DNA of 64,000 nucleotides from Epithemia pelagica (taxonomy: Eukaryota > Protista > Bacillariophyta). The notes under the pieces are model-generated. The model saw only the letters and a list, made by a program, of their open reading frames with translations, did no database searches and was not told where the DNA came from. This document shows, piece after piece, positions 12,301-23,200 of this stretch (the first letter of the stretch is position 1; the number at the start of each line of letters is the position of its first letter). The stretch is taken from NCBI GenBank assembly GCA_946965045.2, contig OX337228.1:1984001-2048000 (forward strand). The letters run 5' to 3'. Made by a program: the position numbers and the translations under genes.

Positions 12301-13764
12301 GGTGGCGGCAGATGGTGGTACAAACATTTGCCTATCACACTGATCGGCAATGCGCTTGGCCCGTGCGGCCGCCGTCTCTGGCTTGGTGGTGGAGCGAGTG
12401 GTGGGTTCGACAATGGTACACTCCTGGTCGTTGTCGTCGTCGTCTTGTTCTTGTGGTGGTTGTGGCTGATCACTGGAGTCTTGTTGTTGTTGTTTTCGTG
12501 GTGGTGGTAGCGGATCACTGGAGGAATAGGCTGCAGGTGGATCTGCAGCCGGGGATCGCCGCGGTTCCTCCTCTTCCTCCCGTTGGGTCGTCCGGGTCTG
12601 GAGCAAGGGGGAGGAGGCCGACGACGACGATGCTTGATTCCCATATTTCATCAAATGATTCGTCAAAGACGACGAAGCGGATGACGTAGTAAAATAGGGA
12701 GATTTCGTGGCCACGGTGGTCCGTGGTCCGGATCCACTACGGATCGACAAGGAGGTGGCAGCTCGTTGGGGAGACGTGGAAGAAGGAGGACAAGACGACG
12801 ACGACTGAGACGATGACGATTCGGACGACGATGATGGGGGTGGTTCCTGTTGTGCGGTGGCAGAAGATGACGGTGCATCTTCAAGTTCCGAGGAATTGGT
12901 CGGGGGAGAGTGATCCTTGGATGGTGCTTGGTTCGGCGTTGCAAGGTTTGGTGACGCTTCATCCTTCTCAGTTTCATCGTCCTCGTCGTCCACTAAATCA
13001 ATCACTTCTTGTTTCTTCGTTTTCTGTGAAGTGTTGTGGTGGGATGCATCCGCGGGACCTTGCGCCGCACGGGACGACACGTCGTCGTCGCCCGCGGTAG
13101 CGTCCTGCGGGAGGGTCCGTCGTTTCTTTTTCTTGGGAATCACGTCTGTAGGAGACGCCATTGGGTTGGCACTGCTGCTGCTGCTGCTCGCGGGTGGACT
13201 GGCATCCTCCTCCTCCATCTGCCGTTCTTTCCAATCGTTTTCATTTTGATACTTGTAGGGTCGTGACAAGCGCACTGGCACGGGTGAGGCTGGCGAGAGC
13301 GCTTGTGCGGCCGCCGCACGAGCAAGGGTGGGCCGAGACTCGGCAAGTGCTGGTGGTCGTTGTGGTTGTGGGGGTGCTGCTGGTGGACGTGGCTGTCCCT
13401 TGAGTTTGGGTTGGACGGGTCGACGTTCGTCGAGACGACGACGCTGTTGTTGTGGTCGTCGTGGATCAGTCGCTCTCCGAACGGTCGAGGACGACGAAGT
13501 GAGTGGATGTCCCGACGAGGTCGGTAGGCCAATCTCGAGCAACACATCGTGGGAAGAGAACCCATCGTGGCGGGGAGTCGATAAAAAGGAATACTGCTGG
13601 TCGTCACTGTAGGTGTTGTGGTAACCACGGGGATTGCCGGGGTACCGGGGATTGCCTGTCTGGCGTCCAAATCGTCGACGATTGCTGTTGGTACGGTAGG
13701 AGGTGCGGGGACGCGATGATGGAGAGGAAGAAGACGAAGACGGTCGTTGGAGAGCATTCTGCAT
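9335..13764 (-). CDS. Ulp1/SENP-family SUMO protease (Ulp2/SENP6-7-like) with long disordered N-terminus; exons 13764-10904, 10796-10408, 10329-9335
   Basis: C48 peptidase motifs: LEPQEYLNDTLIDFW, HFFTTHFYTTL, FFPINKNFHWSLAV (His), ILFFDSL (Asp), VPYQENGWDCGVFVC (Gln/Cys). Two GT-AG introns join the frames. Confidence 0.9.
10822..10855. repeat. (GTGA)n/(AAAC)n microsatellite inside SENP intron 1
   Basis: gtgagtgagtgagtgagtgaacaaacaaacaaaac read directly. Confidence 0.8.
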
Positions 13765-14556
13765 CGTGAGCCAAACAAGCGTTGTTGGAGTGGTATATGG
13801 TAGACCAGGAAGGGTTGGTGGATGCGTCAACTGTGTGGCTGTGAATTGTTTCCGAACCAATTCATGGAATGTTCACGGTCGAATGGGTTTCCGTTTGTTG
13901 GAACGTTTGTTTCTTGTTCTTGCGGTTTCCTTTTGTGTGGGGCAGTGTTGGGATTTTAATGGATACACCACGCTACTATAGTTCTCTTCCACACGACAAG
14001 GGCTCCTTGGTTCGGGACGATGATGCGGTGTGACGGTGGATCAATGCCAAATCAATCCGTTTCGTCGTACGGGAATTGTCAATCCAGAAGAGAACAACAA
14101 CAACACTCGTGGGTCAACGCCTTTTTACCATATATATTAGATTACACATGGATATGCTCCGTTTCTTCCTTTTTGGAGGGATATACTCGAGTAACTCCAA
14201 GCGAGTTGATCAATTCGTGAAGGAAGAAGGTGTATGTAACAATTTTGAATCATGGGTTGGTTTGTACTCCTTGTCCTCAAAATTACCGTTCGGGAGTCTT
14301 CTGGAAGAGTTTCACCAGAGCGAGCCGTCTCCTCCCCGTGCGTGACCCCAGAACTCGGGCGCGCTTCCCAGCTGGGCTGTATCCATCAAAAGCACCAGCA
14401 AGAATCCAGCCGGGAATCCAATCGTGTCGGCAACGCAGAAGATTCCATATTCCATATATATCACAGGTGAGACCTTTGGTTGTCTCCTCCTGTCTCTTGG
14501 GAACGAGATCCATTCACAACGTCTCTTACAGGTAATAGCACAGGACACACGACACC

Positions 14557-17500
14557 ATGGCAGAGTCTCCCAGTGACGGCGGAGTACGACAACAAGCGGC
14601 CGAGGAATGGGTCTTTTCCATTCGAGTCCCTCACGACGCTCCCGTAGGACGACGACCACGACCACACACTCGTCGTGATGGTGATGGTACCGCGGCCAGC
14701 ACGAACGATCATCCTCATGACAACGACGACAACGATCCAGACAACGATCCAGACAATCACTTGTATGACACGAGTGGTCATCGGGTAGTGGAATTGCGAC
14801 AAGGTCCATCACCACCAGCACCAAATCTCGACAGGAACAACAACAAGAGGACCACCACCACTCCTTTGGTCGCCTCCGCCGCATCGCCCATAGTGCGTGA
14901 ACCTTCCTTTCAGGACGACGACGAACCGCAACAAGAACGTGAATTTCTGTTATCGTCCCATTCTCCCACTGCGAATGCGAGCAAACGAACTACGACAACG
15001 ACGCCCTCCTCCATGGCTTCCTCCAAAGGATCCACCACCACCACCACAACTCCATCAGGAGGATGGACCTTTCAAAGTCCGTATTGGACCATTCACTCCA
15101 AGTACGTCTTGCAAATCACCTTTCGACCCGCATGGCAAGCCATTCCCGAATATACGCACTGTCAAACCTGTGGTAGCAGCTCGGCCTCATCTCCTCCCAA
15201 CCACAACACCAACAATATCTCCCAATCCGACGAACCAGTCATGACCACTACAACGACAGCAACGTCCCGGTTGGTTCGTACCGTGGGTTCGTATTGTTGT
15301 AGTGGAACGAGTAGTAGTAGTAGTGGATGTGGTCTTTGTGGTACGAGTAGTCGGGAGGTGGACTTTTATTGTCATACGTGGACGGCGGCCGACATTGTCC
15401 AAGTCCAGCTCCTCGACTCGTTCGTGGTACCAGGCATGGAGGAGTGTCAAGCCTTGCAACTCACCTTGTCACCATTGGTATTGGACGATCAGTCCGAGGA
15501 ATTTGGTCCTCCACCACCCCATTATCAAGAGGCATGGGAAGCGCATGTGGAACGCATGGAATCGTCGTCCATCCGATCCATTGTGAATGCCACGGATGAT
15601 GCGACGACCGGCACGACGACCACGGCGGTCCCCGTCCTTCCTACCGTAACCTTTTGTTTGCCCAAATCTCAAGTCGATCCACCCTTGTTGTGGAAGGTCC
15701 AATTGCCCAGTGTGGGAGACCAGGTCGATTTGGCCCTGGAAACGTATAGTTTGTTGGACGGGACCTTGACCACGTCCACCACCACGGAACCGACCCACTT
15801 GTATCTCAATGGCTTTCAATCGTGGAGTTTTGCCGGGAGTATTGTCCGAGGCCATGATCAACCCCAACCGGCCATGCCCTCTGTCTTTAGTCGAGCCTTT
15901 GGATTGGGGGGATCCCCACCTCCACCCGCCACAACCTCGTTTGGAACCATGGCCGACCAAAGTACGCAACAACCACAACCACCAGACGACGACGACGCCA
16001 CGGAACCAAATGTTTGGGAACCAGCCTATCAATCGGATTTTTTCACCTGCATTACTTCGGATGGAGAAACGCCCGTGGAAGCACCACCCACTCGACTTCA
16101 AACCGCCATGGACCAGATACGATCGTCCTCACGAAAAAGTAACAGTAGTCGTCAACGGGGACACAGCAGTAGTAATACAAGCAGTCCAAGACGACGATCT
16201 ACGAGGGTGGAGGAAGAACCCTTTCCCTTTCAAAAATTGGACGAACGAGGTGGACCGGCGGCAGTCCTGGGATGGTTGGCCCAACGACAACAATTTGGAG
16301 TCATTACCGCCGATCGCAGCTTGCGACGAGTGGCCATGCACGCCTCGGCCGATGGAACCATTTTACCGGGTCGGACGCGGAACGCGGCTCCCTTGTCCCA
16401 AACGACCGATTGGGCCTATGTCCAACTCTTGTCGCCCCATTCCTACGATGAAGAACCCATGGTCCACTACTTGCATAATGTGGCCGCCCACAACAATTGT
16501 CGGCCCTTGCAAAATGGGAGTTTGTTGACGGGTTGGTGTAGTTGGTATCATTATTACAGTGATATTTCCGAAGCCAATTTACGAGAAAACTTTAGTAAAT
16601 TGGCAGCCCTCCGATGTCGCGTGCCCACCAATGTCGCCGTCGTGGACGATGGGTACATGACGTCCTGGGGAGATTGGGATTCCTTGAAACCAGGCAAATT
16701 TGATAGCATGGCCAAGGTGGCCCGTGATATTGATGCCAATGGGATGCGACCGGGCTTGTGGTTGGCCCCCTGGACGGCCGACAAGTCGAGTCAATTGACC
16801 AGGACGCATCCCGATTGGATCATTACCAATGATTTTGGAGCACCCGCCAATTCGGCCAATTGCGGGAAATTCTTTTACGGACTCGATGCGACCAATCCTC
16901 ATGTGCATGAGCATGTTTATGAATCCATTCGCCGCGCCGTTCAGGATTGGAAGTACAATGTCTTGAAGATTGACTTTTTGTATGCCGCCTGTCTCCATGG
17001 CAATGGCAAGTACAATTTGTCCATGAGTCGAGCACAGGCCATGCACTTGGCACTCGATACGATTCGTCGGGCGGCCGGTCCGGATGTCTTTTTGATTGGA
17101 TGTGGTTGTCCCATTGCCTCGGCCATTGGGTATGTCGATGGCATGCGCATATCCGCCGACACGGGTCCCACCTGGTATCCCTCCTTTCCTTTGCCCTGGT
17201 GGGATCATGGCACCTTGCCCTGTCTGCGAAGTATGGTCCGCAATTCCATTTCCCGGGCTCCCATGGGACATCGGTGGTGGCACAACGATCCGGATTGTTT
17301 GTTGCTAGGCCACAGTACGCGATTGAGTGATCTCGAAGTGGCCAGTGCTGCTACGGTTGTGGCCATGACCTGTGGAATGATGCTCTTGTCCGATGACTTG
17401 ACCAAAATATCGCCCTCCCGAACCAATATGTTGACCAAAATTTTCCCCATGACGGGTGCTTCGGCCGTGGTTCTGGATTTGCACAGTACCAATGATGGAT

Positions 17501-18507
17501 TGCCCAGTTTGTTGCGGTTGTGGGCCACGGACAATCACAAGGAAGAATTCATGGACTCGTTGTCTCCCCAAGAACAAGAAGATTCTCGACGACCACGTGA
17601 CTTTAATCGAGAGGCCACCTTTTTTGCCCGCAAGGCCTCCTTTGTGCCCAGTGAGGGCGATAGTCCGCCACCACCACCCAATGAACGGAAACGGAGTTGC
17701 ATCTACGCTCCGGCTGGATTGGGATCCTGGACCATTATTTCCTTGAGCAACTGGTCCGACGAGACCGCAGTCTTGCACATTCCTCCACCAGCCCTCCTTC
17801 CACCACCGGTCCGTGGATGGGAGGACGATGAAGCAGATACCTTTCTCCCCGAAAACAACAAGCATCGGACCAACTCGTCATCGCTTCACAACAACAACAA
17901 CCACAACAACCACAATGACGATCATGGGTATCATGTCTTGGCCTTTTGGTCGTCCCGGTATAGTTGGTTGCCTCCACAATCGACGGCCACTTCTACCAGA
18001 AATCATCATTCTTCCCCCTCCTCGACGGATTCCATTTTGAGTCGTCGCTTGTTGCCTCATGAAACGGAAATTTTTCACATGAAACAAGTGACACCCGATC
18101 GTCCCCAATATTTGGGCAGTGATTTGCATTTTTCGTGTTGTCGTGAAGTGGCACGGTTTGTCGTGGTTGACCACGAAGCATTATCGTCGTCGAATACGAA
18201 TACGAGTAGTAGTAGGGCCGTGCACATTTACCTTCGAACGACCGTACATCGAGTGGGTCATGTGTTTGTGTTTTTGCCCATTCTCAATACGACACCCGTG
18301 CGTATCACTGTCAATGGGCAACCCGGTTTGTGGATTGCAGTGGGCAATACTCCCAAGGTGGCCGACAATGGCAGTCCCAAATTGGCCGGTCGGGTTATTC
18401 GAATATCGGTTACGGTTGCGCAACAAGAACAAACAGCATCATCTCCAACAAGCTCGACCAGCCACACCAACAAGAACAGCAATGGTCACATTTGCATTCA
18501 ATTTTGA
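14557..18507 (+). CDS. Alpha-galactosidase-like glycoside hydrolase (GH36/melibiase clan D) with low-complexity insertions
   Basis: 1316-aa ORF. GWCSWYHYY, VAVVDDGY, GMRPGLWLAPW, nucleophile region LKIDFL, acid/base region MRISADTG, WWHNDPDCLL. Confidence 0.85.
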   Translation: MAESPSDGGVRQQAAEEWVFSIRVPHDAPVGRRPRPHTRRDGDGTAASTNDHPHDNDDNDPDNDPDNHLYDTSGHRVVELRQGPSPPAPNLDRNNNKRTTTTPLVASAASPIVREPSFQDDDEPQQEREFLLSSHSPTANASKRTTTTTPSSMASSKGSTTTTTTPSGGWTFQSPYWTIHSKYVLQITFRPAWQAIPEYTHCQTCGSSSASSPPNHNTNNISQSDEPVMTTTTTATSRLVRTVGSYCCSGTSSSSSGCGLCGTSSREVDFYCHTWTAADIVQVQLLDSFVVPGMEECQALQLTLSPLVLDDQSEEFGPPPPHYQEAWEAHVERMESSSIRSIVNATDDATTGTTTTAVPVLPTVTFCLPKSQVDPPLLWKVQLPSVGDQVDLALETYSLLDGTLTTSTTTEPTHLYLNGFQSWSFAGSIVRGHDQPQPAMPSVFSRAFGLGGSPPPPATTSFGTMADQSTQQPQPPDDDDATEPNVWEPAYQSDFFTCITSDGETPVEAPPTRLQTAMDQIRSSSRKSNSSRQRGHSSSNTSSPRRRSTRVEEEPFPFQKLDERGGPAAVLGWLAQRQQFGVITADRSLRRVAMHASADGTILPGRTRNAAPLSQTTDWAYVQLLSPHSYDEEPMVHYLHNVAAHNNCRPLQNGSLLTGWCSWYHYYSDISEANLRENFSKLAALRCRVPTNVAVVDDGYMTSWGDWDSLKPGKFDSMAKVARDIDANGMRPGLWLAPWTADKSSQLTRTHPDWIITNDFGAPANSANCGKFFYGLDATNPHVHEHVYESIRRAVQDWKYNVLKIDFLYAACLHGNGKYNLSMSRAQAMHLALDTIRRAAGPDVFLIGCGCPIASAIGYVDGMRISADTGPTWYPSFPLPWWDHGTLPCLRSMVRNSISRAPMGHRWWHNDPDCLLLGHSTRLSDLEVASAATVVAMTCGMMLLSDDLTKISPSRTNMLTKIFPMTGASAVVLDLHSTNDGLPSLLRLWATDNHKEEFMDSLSPQEQEDSRRPRDFNREATFFARKASFVPSEGDSPPPPPNERKRSCIYAPAGLGSWTIISLSNWSDETAVLHIPPPALLPPPVRGWEDDEADTFLPENNKHRTNSSSLHNNNNHNNHNDDHGYHVLAFWSSRYSWLPPQSTATSTRNHHSSPSSTDSILSRRLLPHETEIFHMKQVTPDRPQYLGSDLHFSCCREVARFVVVDHEALSSSNTNTSSSRAVHIYLRTTVHRVGHVFVFLPILNTTPVRITVNGQPGLWIAVGNTPKVADNGSPKLAGRVIRISVTVAQQEQTASSPTSSTSHTNKNSNGHICIQF

Positions 18508-18578
18508 GACACACGCTAAAGAAGTACCGAGAGGATACTATCTAATTTTAGTCGAAATTCTTTTGCTCTCTACCTAGT

Positions 18579-20021
18579 CTATTCGTCCAATGCATGAATG
18601 TACTGTTCCAGCCACACTTGTTGCGCTCCCGCCAACCACAAATCCGCCGGAGTGGAGGAAGTTCCACACCAAGACTGGTGCTGCTCGTCAATCGACAACC
18701 TTCCTCGAGGAGGAACAATGCTGGTAGTGGTAGGATTTTGGTCGTAGACAGGCTCTGCGGCATTCCCAACAGTTTGTTCCCCATCCTTCCTCTTTTTGTT
18801 GTTGTTGTTGTTCTTGTGTTCCTGGTTGGTGTCGTCGTCCCAACCCTGTGGATACTGTGGATTCCTTGTGGTCATTTCAGTGGGATGAAAATCTCGAATC
18901 AGGGGAGCCAAGTAGACAGCCTCATGAGGGGGCAACCGATGAGTACAACGACGACGACGACAAAGAGACTGCTTTTGGCCTCGAACTGGAGTCTTGTCGT
19001 TGTGAGGCTGTGAAGGATGCATCGTTTCCATGTTAGGCCACAAGTGACTTTGCACCAATTGACGTAGCCAGAGTCCCAACGAACCCTTGGGTGCCAGTCG
19101 TCCTGGTGCATGTACGGGTAAACCAGTAGTCTCCTGTGCTTGACTATGCATCTGGGCATCGGTGCAGGCCAAGGTATACCACAAGGCTCCCATTGTCTCG
19201 GGAGATTGTCGACATGTTCGTAAAACCAATTCTGGATAATACTCATGGGAAGAATCGCGTTCCGGACGAGCATCCTTTGGTTTCTTTCTTGGTGGCTCCT
19301 CCGAAGCAGATTGAGGGGAGGATCCCGACAGGTCCTTTTGGATTTCTTGTTTCTTCTCTTGTTCTTGGTCGTCGTTGTTTTTTTGGGTCATGATGCGACA
19401 CAGGTACAGGAGCATGCCTTCGGACAAGGGACCCGTTTGTTCTTCGTGTTGCGTTTGTGCCATTTGAAACATGGATTCCGCATGCTGTTGCTCCTCATTC
19501 TTGGTTTCTGCTGCTGCTGCTGGATCATTGCAAGAGTCCAAAGACGACGACGACGACGAGCAGGAATCATCCTGCTTCTTGTCCTTGTCCTCGGTGGGAG
19601 CAATGCAGGACATCCAAGAATGACCCAAAGTGGGCAACACATTTGTGGTGGACGTTGGTGGTTCGTTTGGGTCCTCTTGTGCTTCCTCTTGTGCTTTGTC
19701 CTGCTGTTGAGATGCTTCAAATCGTTGTCGAATCACCAACAAGGCTAATGACGTTTGGAGCAAGGCCGCTTCCTCTCGTGACAAACACGGTGGTGGTGGT
19801 GGTGGCGGCGGTGACTCCTCCTCCTCCCGAGCGCTACGTGGGAGCAACCACGGCGGTGCATCATTCACCGTATTACCACGAACCATCGTGACACGATTCC
19901 TGTCATGGAACATTTGCGGCTCAGATCCTTGACACCAGGGACAGTCGTAGACATGACCACCCCAAAACTCATTCTTCTCGGTGGGTTGTCTTTGTTGACA
20001 AGAAGAACAGACGGCCGCCAT
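18579..20021 (-). CDS. Hypothetical protein with N-terminal CxxC..CxxC motif
   Basis: Long ORF (527 aa from the ORF-track start; ATG at 20021, MAAVCSSCQQ..YDCPWCQG). Codon and repeat style match the neighbouring genes. No family recognised and the start is uncertain. Confidence 0.55.
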   Translation of the reverse strand: MAAVCSSCQQRQPTEKNEFWGGHVYDCPWCQGSEPQMFHDRNRVTMVRGNTVNDAPPWLLPRSAREEEESPPPPPPPPCLSREEAALLQTSLALLVIRQRFEASQQQDKAQEEAQEDPNEPPTSTTNVLPTLGHSWMSCIAPTEDKDKKQDDSCSSSSSSLDSCNDPAAAAETKNEEQQHAESMFQMAQTQHEEQTGPLSEGMLLYLCRIMTQKNNDDQEQEKKQEIQKDLSGSSPQSASEEPPRKKPKDARPERDSSHEYYPELVLRTCRQSPETMGALWYTLACTDAQMHSQAQETTGLPVHAPGRLAPKGSLGLWLRQLVQSHLWPNMETMHPSQPHNDKTPVRGQKQSLCRRRRCTHRLPPHEAVYLAPLIRDFHPTEMTTRNPQYPQGWDDDTNQEHKNNNNNKKRKDGEQTVGNAAEPVYDQNPTTTSIVPPRGRLSIDEQHQSWCGTSSTPADLWLAGAQQVWLEQYIHALDE

Positions 20022-20271
20022 TGTTGCTGGGTGCTCTTTTGTGCTTGGGGGAGAAAAAACCTTACCGGCGGGACTACCATAATAAGGCGGACGAACTCCC
20101 CGTACGCCGACCAGCACGCAAGGCATGCGCGGGGTACGCGCGAACGAGACCGCCATGAGCACTACTACCTACTACCTACTGGGAATATAGTTTACTCCTA
20201 GCTTGGATTTTTCGTACGTACTCCTAGAAGAGTACTCCTAGATAGCCGAAATGGTTCTCGGTCGACTATCT

Positions 20272-23200
20272 CTAGGACCGTCCCTTGTTGCTCGTGGATC
20301 CTCGACTTTTTCGTCGTTCTTGTTGTTTCCGTCGTTCTTCCAAATATTGCGACAATTTGTGTTTCATACGATCCAAGACGGCTTGATGGCGACTCAAAAT
20401 GGCAGCTTCACTCAAGTCTTCTTCTTCTTCTTCTGGATCGTCCTCGCCGTCTTCTTCTTCTTCTTCCACCAAGTCTTTTAATTGGACCTTGCGACAAAAG
20501 GGTGCAAAGATCTTACCATCAATGGGTAAGGGCGTTGATTCTCCACCATGATGACCACCATGCGAATGATGATGACTGGTGGATGCCGAAGACGATCGAG
20601 ATTTTTTGGGCAATTCCACCTTTTGAAAAATATCTGCCACATCGGACCAAGGAATTTCCACGGTACTTTGAGGAAACAAGGCTTCCTGGGAGCCATCGTC
20701 TGGGGGAGGAGAAGGAGGCGCATCTGACACTGTGTTGGTTGTTGTGGTATTGTTGTCTGTCTCGGTAGGAGTCGGTTGCGGCTTGCCTGGTTGGCCAAAT
20801 GCCTGTACTCCTGCTACCGGTTGATGTTGCTGCTTTTTGACTCGTTTGTTGGCAATCAAGGAATTTGACAATGACGATCGAGGACGATCCGACACGACAT
20901 GTTTGCCGTAGGGCAACACTTGCAAGGCTGTAGGATCCCACAACAAGGGTTCTGTGAAATGGCGTGGATGAAAGACGGTCCAGCTCGTGGCCTTGGCCGA
21001 TCCTGTACCGGGTGGGACGGGTGGCTCGACATGAACGGTTGATTTGCGCTTGACCCCCGTGGAACGAGGCGAGGTGGCGGGAGGAAACCGGGCCCGTCCA
21101 CCAACACTGCTCGTGGAGGGATGCACCACGGTACCAGGATCGGAATAGGGACCGGCTCCCAGCCAAGAGGTACCTCCCTGCAAAATGGGTTGCTTGTCTT
21201 GCAACTTTTTGAGAGATTTTTGAATCATGGCACGAGCATGTGCTCGTCGAGTCAATTCGTCCGCCGTCAAACCCAAGGACATACAGGCTGGTAACGGTTT
21301 GCAAGGATCTTCCCAATCCTGCGTTTCTTCATCGGTAAAGACATCGTAGGGAATCATGGTGGAGATACCCACTTGCTCATTCTGGACTATTTCAAACAAC
21401 TTGCCATGACCAATCGCCTCTCCGGCGCGGACCATGGCACTGGTATAGGCATGCGAAAAGGATTCCGTCATGGTGGCCTTACGAGAAATCAAATTGGCCA
21501 ACAAGGTTCGTTCTTGAGCCTTGGCTTGCAACGCTACCATGCAGGCTTCTTCTAAATATTTCAGACACTTGTCATACTTGAATAGCATGGTATCGCAAAC
21601 ATTGTCAATCGATACTTGTTTGGCCAAGGATCGACAGACGACAGCGGCAGCGTGTATATCCACACGAGAGCTCAAAATGGATATGTTTTTTTCGAGAGCG
21701 ACATGATTACCGGAACCTTGCTGTTGCTGTTTCTTGGTGGCTAGCAACTTGCGGGCGGCCGCCAATTGCGCATGCACACCATCACCGGATGGCGTAGACC
21801 GTTCCTTGGCAACCTCATGGACCAAATCTCGGGCACATATATCCACACTGGATTGGATCCACCATTTGCAGTCGGGATCGGCATCAATGCGACCACTGTT
21901 ACGAAACGCCATGCGAAAGGTTGCTTCATGATTCGCCCACAACCATACCAGAATGGACGAAGCAACAATGTCCCGATTAATTGTGGTTGCGCCACTAGTT
22001 CTCAAGCCCGGCAAATTCAAACATTCCTTGAGAGGAAGACTGATCAAGGTCTTGGATATCGGTATCGCAGCACTCACTGCCAACAGATACTCCATGGCCG
22101 CCTTTAGCTTTTCCATAGTCGTCGCACCCTCTTCCAGTAACGAATGCAACCGACCCGTTCGAATCAATGTGGCTTCCCGTTCTTCCAATTGAGCCGGCAC
22201 AACCGGTGGCACAAATTTCAATTCAACGTCAGTGGTGGTGGATGAAACCGTTGCCTTGGCCGGAGGAGGAACCTTGTCTACTGCGTTGAATGTTACGGTA
22301 GAATCATTTTGAACCCCTGGCTTTGTTTCAGGTCCGTCCAAAGTTTTGGACTCAGGGGACAGGGTCGATTTCTCCGGTTGTGTCGTCTTTTCACTGTCGT
22401 GGCTAGTTGCCAATGATTTTTTTACAGCTTGTTGTGATACCACAGAAGGTTCCTTATTTTCTGTTTTTGGGACTTCATCTTGAGTTTTCGTTTGGTCTGC
22501 GATTCTGGGCTCATTCGATTCCTTGACCATGGGCAAAACTGTCTTCTCCTCATTGCTGGTTTCGTCTGGTGATTTGGCATCCCGCGATTCGACTGGTGGT
22601 CCAAGTGGGTTCGTGGTGGGTTCTGTAGGTCTTTGAGCTTGGGAGGTTGTATTCCTAGTATTTTGCTCCATGATTTCTTGTGGCTGTCTTTCTGCTATTG
22701 TAGGAATACTGGTCGTTGTTGAGACACCTGATGTAGTTGGGGCTGAAACAAAGGAGGAATGAATGGGTTGTGTAAATTGAGTCACTGGAGTGTTTGTGGG
22801 TGCCATCATGGGAGTTTGAATGCTATAGGGAGCCAGTTGTTGCTGTTGTTGTGGTTGTTGTTGAGATGACAAGTAATAATGGGGGTTACCCAGCAAGGCC
22901 GATACGGTGGATGGTTGTGGAACGTAGGGTCGATTCGTGTTGGCGGCAAAAAAGGCGGCAGCTTGCTGTTCTTGCGAAAATCGAGCCCGAGCTTGTGCCA
23001 TGATTTGGTCTTGTCGAGCCATCCCAAAGGCCAACTGCTGTGGTAAGGGAGGCTGTACCACACCGGTATCAATCGAGCCTGGTGGAGGTTGACTAATGGG
23101 ACCACCATAGACTTGGGTCGTGGTAGACGGTGGCGGCACAAACACTTCAGAGGGTTGTGGTGGCTGTTGTTGGGGAACCTGTGATGACATGTTGTACCTA

